Of a stretch of 64,000 bases of DNA, positions 57,874 to 64,000 are shown in pieces. How positions within the stretch are numbered: position 1 is the first letter of the stretch; the number at the start of each line of letters is the position of its first letter. The notes under the pieces were generated by a model. That model saw nothing but the letters and a program-made list of their open reading frames with translations, had not been told where the DNA came from and did not search any database. The stretch covers positions 24,578 through 88,577 of the IMG/VR virus record IMGVR_UViG_3300042988_000341; one strand, written 5' to 3'. The translations under genes were made by a program, and so were the position numbers. This stretch comes from a virus.

Positions 57874-58799
57874 GCTTTAAAAACAAACTGTGGGTTGAAA
57901 AATATCGCCCATCAAAAGCATCGGACTATGTGTTCGTTGATACACGTCAACAGAAACAAGTAGAAGGCTGGATCAAAGAAGGTAGTTGCCCTCATGTCTT
58001 ATTCGCTGGTGAGCCAGGTACAGGCAAGACAACATTAGCAAAAGTTCTAATCAACGAACTAGGCGTACAGGAGTTCGACGTACTAGAAATCAACGCATCA
58101 CGTGATAACGGTGTTGACTTCATCCGCGAACGTATCGAATCGTTTGTGATGACTATGCCATTTGGAGCATTCAAAGTAGTTCTACTAGACGAAGCTGACT
58201 ATCTCTCACAGCCAGCACAAGCGGTACTTCGCGGTCTAATCGAGCAATACGCAAACGTAGCCCGCTTTATGTTGACTTGTAACTACGTACACAAAGTCAT
58301 CCCTGCGCTTAAATCACGTTGTGAGACATTCATTATCTCTAAGCCTGAGCGCACTGAGTTCACAGCTAGAGCAGCCACAGTACTAGTCACAGAGAACATC
58401 GAGTTCGACTTAGACACACTTGACAGCTATGTTGGTGCTACTTACCCTGACTTGCGTAAGATGCTCAATCAGCTACAAAACAACTCAACCACTGGCAAAC
58501 TGTTGCCTACACAAGCTGGCGTGTCCGATGAAGACAGCACCCTAGTCGAAGCAACTGCCCTGTTCAAAGCAGGCAAAATTCTCGACGGCAGAAAAATCTT
58601 GCTACAATACCTGAGTATGAATCCAGGACAGCTTGACAGCATCTACACATGGTGCTATAATAATCTCGACTTGTGGGGTAAGACACAAGAACAGAAAGAC
58701 GCAGCAATCATCATTATTCGTAATGGTCTTGCTAATCTATCATTAGTCGGTATCCCAGAAATCAGTCTGGCCGCCACACTAATCGAACTTACTCAATAA
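57870..58799 (+). CDS. Sliding-clamp loader AAA+ subunit (T4 gp44/RFC-like)
   Basis: 'LWVEKYRP', 'GEPGTGKTT', 'EINAS', 'LLDEAD', 'LKSRC'. Confidence 0.92.
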   Translation: MSFKNKLWVEKYRPSKASDYVFVDTRQQKQVEGWIKEGSCPHVLFAGEPGTGKTTLAKVLINELGVQEFDVLEINASRDNGVDFIRERIESFVMTMPFGAFKVVLLDEADYLSQPAQAVLRGLIEQYANVARFMLTCNYVHKVIPALKSRCETFIISKPERTEFTARAATVLVTENIEFDLDTLDSYVGATYPDLRKMLNQLQNNSTTGKLLPTQAGVSDEDSTLVEATALFKAGKILDGRKILLQYLSMNPGQLDSIYTWCYNNLDLWGKTQEQKDAAIIIIRNGLANLSLVGIPEISLAATLIELTQ

Positions 58800-58808
58800 G
58801 GAAATAAA

Positions 58809-59003
58809 ATGACTAAGAAGTTAACCAGACTAACTAAAGTGAATGAGAGCTTTACTATCAATCGCTATGACAATGGGTTCATGGTCGAGATTGGTGGTAA
58901 AGACAAAGATAGTGATTGGAAGAATTGTAAAATTCTTTGTACCACTAAAGAAGAATTGTTTGAGGTTATCAATGAAGCCTTGACAATGGAAGTAGACAAC
59001 TAA
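58809..59003 (+). CDS. Hypothetical protein
   Basis: AAGGA SD; 'INRYDNGFMVE'. Confidence 0.6.
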   Translation: MTKKLTRLTKVNESFTINRYDNGFMVEIGGKDKDSDWKNCKILCTTKEELFEVINEALTMEVDN

Positions 59004-59014
59004 AAGGAAACAAA

Positions 59015-59212
59015 ATGTCACAAGCACACCAAGAAATCAACACACACTTAGAAGCATATCTAGCAGAACACGAGAAGTTCGAAAAAGGCAATGCGGCAGC
59101 AGGCACTCGTGCTCGTAAAGCACTAGGTGAACTAGCGAAAGCAATCAAGGCTCGCCGCACTGAAATCACCGTCGAAAAGGCAGCCCGCGCAGAAGCAAAG
59201 AAAGCCGCCTAA
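59015..59212 (+). CDS. Histone H1-like (Hc1-type) nucleoid protein
   Basis: 'KGNAAAGTRARKALGELAK..KARR' matches the Hc1-like signature. Confidence 0.7.
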   Translation: MSQAHQEINTHLEAYLAEHEKFEKGNAAAGTRARKALGELAKAIKARRTEITVEKAARAEAKKAA

Positions 59213-59213
59213 T

Positions 59214-59432
59214 ATGCAAACGGCCAAAGAAATCTGTGACCACTTCATCAACCGCGCTAAGATGTTGAATGAATTCATCGTCACTACGCCGGTACCTGAA
59301 GACTTCAGGTTCAATGGCCTAGTACCGTTCGACATGATCATCGAAGATAACGTCATCGCCGCCAAGGTATGGGCAGTTGACTTCGATGAAGCATGTAAAC
59401 GATTCGACAACTACATGGATCAATGTAAATGA
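59214..59432 (+). CDS. Hypothetical protein
   Basis: Operon-coupled ORF. Confidence 0.55.
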   Translation: MQTAKEICDHFINRAKMLNEFIVTTPVPEDFRFNGLVPFDMIIEDNVIAAKVWAVDFDEACKRFDNYMDQCK

Positions 59433-59704
59433 GATATTTGCTTATAACATATTTAAGACAGCCGGGTGGCCAGATTGACGAACAAGTCGGCTTCTCTAAA
59501 AAACTGAAACCTCGTGACTTACAAACTTGTAACGTCATCATTGACTACAAGGAACGTAAAGTTCAAAAGTGTATCATCGAGGGCAGTATCGTGCCAACAT
59601 CATTCGAGAACTTACATGAGTACTACAAAGATGTGTACCCAAGTTTAATCGAGCAACTAGAAAAAGTTCAATCAACTGAACCCGAGAGTAAAGATGGACA
59701 GTAA
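59429..59704 (+). CDS. Hypothetical protein
   Basis: ATGA overlap. Confidence 0.6.
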   Translation: MRYLLITYLRQPGGQIDEQVGFSKKLKPRDLQTCNVIIDYKERKVQKCIIEGSIVPTSFENLHEYYKDVYPSLIEQLEKVQSTEPESKDGQ

Positions 59705-60278
59705 CATCATTCTTACAGACGCAGACGGTGTACTACTCAATTGGGAGTGGGCATTCGACTGCTGGATGAACGAGCACGGCTTCAAAAAGCAGAAGGGCAC
59801 AGAGTTCGACTACAGTATTGGCACACGATACGGTATCGACGATGCTCAGGGCAAGAAGCTAATCAAAATCTTCAACGAGAGTGCTGCTATTGGATTCTTA
59901 CCACCACTACGTGACGCTATTCATTACGTGAAGAAGCTACACGAAGAACATGGCTATGTATTCCACTGTATCACATCACTAAGCAAAGACAAGAATGCTC
60001 AGCGTCTACGTAAGATGAACTTAGAGAAGTTGTTTGGTGAAACTGTGTTTGAAGAGATCGTGTGTCTAGGCACCGGTGCTGACAAAGACGAAGCACTTGA
60101 ACCCTATCGTGATTCGGGGTATACCTGGATTGAGGATAAGTGGGAAAATGCCGAAGTTGGCGCAGCGATGGGCTTACGTTCAATCATCGTTGAACACGGC
60201 CATAATATGAACCACACTACTAACATCCCAATCGTCAAAGACTGGAAAACAATCTACGAAATGATCGTAGGACGATAA
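59694..60278 (+). CDS. HAD-superfamily phosphatase (5'-nucleotidase-like)
   Basis: Motif I 'DADGVL', 'ITS', K, 'WIED'. Confidence 0.8.
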   Translation: MDSNIILTDADGVLLNWEWAFDCWMNEHGFKKQKGTEFDYSIGTRYGIDDAQGKKLIKIFNESAAIGFLPPLRDAIHYVKKLHEEHGYVFHCITSLSKDKNAQRLRKMNLEKLFGETVFEEIVCLGTGADKDEALEPYRDSGYTWIEDKWENAEVGAAMGLRSIIVEHGHNMNHTTNIPIVKDWKTIYEMIVGR

Positions 60279-60279
60279 G

Positions 60280-60303
60280 ATAAGGGGCTATATAGCCCCT
60301 TAT
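60280..60303. terminator. Bidirectional terminator (perfect palindrome)
   Basis: ATAAGGGGCTATATAGCCCCTTAT between convergent HAD and phoH. Confidence 0.8.
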
Positions 60304-60306
60304 TCT

Positions 60307-61101
60307 TTACTTGTACAAGTTAAGTACTTCACCAATCAATCTATGACGCTGAACGTCCTTGACAGTGAACTCACATACCTCTACACCACGGATAGGATGC
60401 TTGCTCAAACGACGAGTAAGGTCCATCAAGCCATTGTCAACGGCAACTCTGTCTGTCTGCTCAATATCACCGTTGATAACGAACTTACTGCCTTGGCCAA
60501 TACGAGTGAGTAGTGACTTCAATTGTAGCGGACTAGCATTCTGGGACTCATCAAGGATAAGGAAGGTATCTTTGAAGGTACGGCCACGGATCATGCCTAG
60601 CGGAGCGAACTCGATAATCTCCTCGGCGATCATGTGCTCAATCTCTTTGACGGCATAGAATTCACGTAGCACGTCCAAAACTGGGCGAACCCATGGCGCT
60701 AGCTTTGCTGTTAAATCGCCTGGCAAGAAGCCATGTTGTTCACCCTCGATACTAACAGCAGGACGACAGATGACGATACGACTAACTTCTTTATTACGAT
60801 ACGCTTCTATAGCGGCCAATGTAGCGAGATAGGTCTTACCGGTACCAGCAGGGCCACCAGCAATAACTACGTCAGTATTACTATCTTGTAGGGCCAGGAT
60901 GTAATGCTCTTGATTGACTGTTTTGGGAACTAATTTGACTGCTTTGCGTTGTTTTTGTGGATTGAAATTTATTGTATTGGATTCATACTCTCGCTGATGT
61001 GCCTGTTGGCTACGTGATGGATAGTATTCTTGCTCTTTGCGCTTAGCGCTGGTGTTTTTTCTACTCAACTTTAACTCCCTAATGTTTGTTGTGTGGTTCA
61101 T
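60307..61101 (-). CDS. phoH: PhoH-like ATPase
   Basis: 'GPAGTGKT', 'GFLPG', 'RGRTF', 'DESQN', 'TRIG', 'GD..Q.D', 'RH'. Alternative in-frame TTG start at 61068. Confidence 0.93.
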   Translation of the reverse strand: MNHTTNIRELKLSRKNTSAKRKEQEYYPSRSQQAHQREYESNTINFNPQKQRKAVKLVPKTVNQEHYILALQDSNTDVVIAGGPAGTGKTYLATLAAIEAYRNKEVSRIVICRPAVSIEGEQHGFLPGDLTAKLAPWVRPVLDVLREFYAVKEIEHMIAEEIIEFAPLGMIRGRTFKDTFLILDESQNASPLQLKSLLTRIGQGSKFVINGDIEQTDRVAVDNGLMDLTRRLSKHPIRGVEVCEFTVKDVQRHRLIGEVLNLYK

Positions 61102-61125
61102 ATAGACCTCCTATATCAACAACAA

Positions 61126-61132
61126 TATTTAC
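61126..61132 (-). promoter_or_regulatory. Late-type promoter (GTAAATA) for phoH
   Basis: TAAATA core immediately upstream of the phoH leader hairpin. Confidence 0.5.
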
Positions 61133-61151
61133 AACATTGGATGTAGCTAAA

Positions 61152-61177
61152 CACACACTCTCTTAAACTAGTGTGTG
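61152..61177. terminator. Hairpin downstream of the HNH gene
   Basis: CACACACT-10nt-AGTGTGTG; followed by TTT on the minus strand. Confidence 0.45.
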
Positions 61178-61187
61178 AGCATAAATA

Positions 61188-61880
61188 TTAAGCTGTGCTG
61201 ATACTGATGCGCCACCCACCACAAGTTTTCCTTACGCCTGATATTACTTTACTGACACTTGCTTCATCTACTCCATGTCTTTTTACGAAATCACTTCTTG
61301 TGGATATCATTATCTCGTTGTTTTTAGTATTCTCAAAGACGTATATGGTAGAGTCATATCTAGGATTATTGGCACCTAATAAATGATGAGTTCCAACTAG
61401 AACTCTATCAGTAGCATGAGATGAGCCGTCTGGTCTACGAAGTAAATGATGAGTTCCAGCTAGAACTCTATCAGAAGATAGTGATGTGCCATCGCTTCTT
61501 TTTAATAAGTGATGTGTGCCAGATTTAACCCGATCACTAGATAATGATGACCCATCTGACCTGGTCATCAACGAATGTTTTCCATTGAGTAACGCGCTTT
61601 GGTTCTGTAATCTCGCTAAGTCGGATAACTCTTCCTTAGACATATTCATGCGTCTTGCTATTAGGTTACAGGCCCCGATATCTCCCTGCGCCAAATGAGC
61701 AGAATAATGATCCTCGATACTCAGTGCTACTAGATTATTTGGAGAATTGTTCAGGTCATTGCCGTCTCGGTGATGGATATCAAAAGACCTTCCAAGATGG
61801 TCCTGCGGTATTGGTCCATGATGGTCTTCATAGATTTTGCGATAAACTGAGGAGTGTGTCCTCTTTTTGCTAAATAACAT
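61188..61880 (-). CDS. HNH homing endonuclease with 21-aa tandem repeats and NUMOD1-like HTH
   Basis: 'DIHHRDGN..NN...NL......H', about 3.5 copies of 'GTHHLL.R.DG.S...DRV..', C-terminal 'VSKVISGVRKTCGGWR'. Confidence 0.8.
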   Translation of the reverse strand: MLFSKKRTHSSVYRKIYEDHHGPIPQDHLGRSFDIHHRDGNDLNNSPNNLVALSIEDHYSAHLAQGDIGACNLIARRMNMSKEELSDLARLQNQSALLNGKHSLMTRSDGSSLSSDRVKSGTHHLLKRSDGTSLSSDRVLAGTHHLLRRPDGSSHATDRVLVGTHHLLGANNPRYDSTIYVFENTKNNEIMISTRSDFVKRHGVDEASVSKVISGVRKTCGGWRISISTA

Positions 61881-61940
61881 CGCTGATTGCTCCTTTTAAG
61901 CTTTAGAGTAGTTGGGCCTGCCAGCCGCGAACTACACTAT
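61881..61940 (-). ncRNA. Candidate structured 5' leader of the HNH gene
   Basis: Stem TAG-T-GTAGTT/AACTAC-T-CTA with inner GGCT/GGCC helix, then a short hairpin over the AGGAG SD. Confidence 0.45.
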
Positions 61941-61967
61941 TATTTATCTTCTACGAAGAGATAAATA
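61941..61967. promoter_or_regulatory. Divergent late promoters forming an inverted repeat
   Basis: TATTTATCT...AGATAAATA, i.e. GATAAATA on both strands. Confidence 0.65.
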
Positions 61968-61989
61968 CATCATACCATGGTAAACTATT

Positions 61990-62649
61990 ATGAGCACAAA
62001 GTCAAGACTAAATGAATCCGAAAAGAAAAAAACATTCATGGATTCACCCGCCTGGGATGAAATCGTACACAACGTCAAGGGACTGATGACCAGTGATGGT
62101 TCTATGTCCACTCTACTTGATTTCGAGCGCGTATTGGACGAAGCCGATATCTACGCATTTAAGAACTGGGAACTAGGTGAACTAGTAGATGGTCCCAAAA
62201 TCAAGCGATATGAAGTCAGTTGTACATTCATGTGGCCATCATCTATCATGCCTGATCCACGCGGCGCCAAGCGCTTGTTGCCATTGGGTTGTAAGTCCCT
62301 GTTCAAAAAAACAAAGATTAAAACGCCGGTCAAGATAAAGACCGCGGACGACTTCAAACCAGGCACACACTATCCTAAGCTAATCGAACGTGAAGTATGG
62401 TTAATCAATATCACTATGCCAAAACAGTTAATGAACGATATTCGTGAAGGCAGTATTGACTTAGCTGATCAGAACATTGATCTTGAGGATCTAGATGATG
62501 CTTACGCCAAAGACTATGATAAAGCAGATGTAAAATCGGAAGGCGAAGAGAACTTTGGTGGAGACATGGGTATGCCCATGGGCGACCTAGGTGGTATGGG
62601 AGCACCAGCTCCAGGTGGAGCTCCAGGCGCAATGCCACCAGCAATGTAA
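61990..62649 (+). CDS. Hypothetical late protein
   Basis: Downstream of the late promoter; 'LNE' near the N-terminus; G/M/P-rich tail. Confidence 0.65.
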   Translation: MSTKSRLNESEKKKTFMDSPAWDEIVHNVKGLMTSDGSMSTLLDFERVLDEADIYAFKNWELGELVDGPKIKRYEVSCTFMWPSSIMPDPRGAKRLLPLGCKSLFKKTKIKTPVKIKTADDFKPGTHYPKLIEREVWLINITMPKQLMNDIREGSIDLADQNIDLEDLDDAYAKDYDKADVKSEGEENFGGDMGMPMGDLGGMGAPAPGGAPGAMPPAM

Positions 62650-62659
62650 TGGAACAGCT

Positions 62660-63217
62660 ATGACACAAATTCTAACAGAAGGCCTCAAGCACATGGACAT
62701 GGAAGATCAAATGCTTCCATACATCGGCATTGATCAGTACGAATCCAGTATCGGCGAGAATGACGATATGATCACACTAGACTTCTTAGTCAAGGGCAAA
62801 GCACAAGCAGAGGATCTAGCAGAGTGGTTCGAACGTGGATATGATTGGGTCATTGACGCGGACAGTAGTCCCGGTGAAGTCAAAGGTGGCAACTATGTTG
62901 TATTCGTGGAGATGAATCGTAGAATAAAAGTGCCTGCTCGTATCATCGAGATGCTTGACGATCTAAGTACACTAACAGGCTTCGAACTTAAGGACTGGAA
63001 AGCAAAAATCAAAGATCAGGAGTTCACTCCAACAGAAGAACTTATCGGTGATAGATTAGAACTCAGCCCTCACTTATATCGTGAGACTCATCCAGATGAA
63101 CAGGGCGACGACACACTTAATGAGTGGAAGCAAATTGCCGGTGTGCCAATGACTACCGTAGTAAATAAGGATAGTGATGCTATCCGTGCTATCAAGCGTC
63201 AAGCAGGATTAATTTAA
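62660..63217 (+). CDS. Hypothetical late protein
   Basis: Likely start 62660 (MTQILTEGL), after the stop of 61990. Confidence 0.6.
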   Translation: MTQILTEGLKHMDMEDQMLPYIGIDQYESSIGENDDMITLDFLVKGKAQAEDLAEWFERGYDWVIDADSSPGEVKGGNYVVFVEMNRRIKVPARIIEMLDDLSTLTGFELKDWKAKIKDQEFTPTEELIGDRLELSPHLYRETHPDEQGDDTLNEWKQIAGVPMTTVVNKDSDAIRAIKRQAGLI

Positions 63218-63228
63218 GGAACAAAACA

Positions 63229-63876
63229 ATGCCAACACAAACTATTCTACCAAAAAAAGGTAATCAAGCATTTGCTCTTGATGACGACCATCACGAAGCC
63301 TTAGCTAACGACCCACACATTCACGATTTCCCACAGGGAACTTCATTTGGAGACTTCAATGCCACGACAACCACATCAACAAGCGATGCGTCAACATCTT
63401 TCTCTGCTTCAACAGCAGGGTTCAGTAGCGGCAGTTTCAGCGCGCCAGCAGCAACAGCACCTACCACAAGTTTTGGCGGAGGTGGGGTTGGAAGCCTATC
63501 TTCAACAGCTACTCAAAGCCCAGCAACAGCGCAAATAAACGCCCAGCAAGATCAAAGCAAACTGCTACAATCATCTGGTGGCGCAATGCAAGAAGGCGCT
63601 GAGGCTAGTATCAAAGCCGACGACAAGTTCGGCGACTTCATCAACTCTAAGTGGCGCCCAATGATGGCTGTCATTTATATGTTGACTTGTACTTGTGACT
63701 TCGTAATCTTCCCGGTTCTATGGTCACTACTACAAGCAATGAGCAAAGGTCAAGTCACATCACAATGGATGCCATTGACCTTACAAGGTGCCGGACTATA
63801 TCACATCGCTATGGGTGCTGTACTAGGCTTAGCCGCGTACGGACGCTCACAAGAGAAGATTGCCGGTAAGAGTTAA
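63229..63876 (+). CDS. Holin-like protein (GTA 3TM holin type) with low-complexity N-terminal extension
   Basis: 'KWRPMMA..Y...DF..FP' and 'GAVLGLAAYGRSQEK'. Confidence 0.7.
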   Translation: MPTQTILPKKGNQAFALDDDHHEALANDPHIHDFPQGTSFGDFNATTTTSTSDASTSFSASTAGFSSGSFSAPAATAPTTSFGGGGVGSLSSTATQSPATAQINAQQDQSKLLQSSGGAMQEGAEASIKADDKFGDFINSKWRPMMAVIYMLTCTCDFVIFPVLWSLLQAMSKGQVTSQWMPLTLQGAGLYHIAMGAVLGLAAYGRSQEKIAGKS

Positions 63877-63894
63877 TCACTCTTCCAATTTCAC

Positions 63895-63923
63895 TTGACA
63901 CACCGCTTCGGCGGTGTTATACT
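63895..63923 (+). promoter_or_regulatory. Sigma70-type promoter whose spacer is a UUCG hairpin
   Basis: TTGACA-17-TATACT; ACACCGC-TTCG-GCGGTGT at 63900-63917. Confidence 0.75.
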
Positions 63924-63931
63924 TTACAACT

Positions 63932-64000
63932 ATGGACTATTACAAGACACTAGGAGTAGAGCGTAACGCCACTCCAGAAGACATTAAAAAGGCCTATCGT
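63932..64000 (+). CDS. dnaJ: DnaJ/J-domain protein, 3'-truncated by the window
   Basis: MDYYKTLGVERNATPEDIKKAYR, a canonical J-domain start. Confidence 0.85.
   Translation, partial: MDYYKTLGVERNATPEDIKKAYR

Noticed and set aside
61188-61948. HNH plus structured RNA as an IscB/HEARO-type RNA-guided nuclease
   Set aside because: No RuvC or PLMP motifs are visible and the RNA is only about 60 nt; kept only as a leader candidate.
1-64000. tRNA, rRNA, integrase or CRISPR array
   Set aside because: None recognised by eye, and intergenic gaps are short and mostly accounted for; tRNAscan-SE or Infernal would be needed to exclude them formally.

Overview
This window is a 64-kb slice of a large, probably lytic, tailed phage with T4-like late promoters (core TAAATA). 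The host is probably Gram-negative, judging by the two-component spanins and GH19 endolysin. Layout: (1) 1-15.4 kb, giant baseplate/tail structural genes, two fibres with YADLAE-type C-terminal domains and three paralogous tail-tip-like genes; (2) 15.8-30.3 kb, a dense modification island with four glycosyltransferase-like genes, four radical SAM enzymes with N-terminal Cys clusters, a sulfotransferase-like protein, an SGNH protein, a carbamoyltransferase, two 2OG-Fe(II) oxygenases, a methyltransferase and a tiny unannotated peptide; (3) 30.4-40.3 kb, early/middle genes under sigma70-type promoters (MoxR AAA plus VWA partner, DHFR, ThyA, epimerase) with two free-standing homing endonucleases; (4) 40.3-55.9 kb, spanins interleaved with 'MKINE' putative internal head proteins, a secreted nuclease, an endolysin, Ig-like and fibre proteins and a subtilisin; (5) 55.9-64 kb, a DnaE fragment, GroES, clamp loader, Hc1-like protein, HAD, PhoH, a repeat-bearing HNH gene with a structured leader, a holin and the start of DnaJ. 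I saw no tRNA, rRNA or CRISPR array. All functional calls come from motif recognition by eye; no searches were run.
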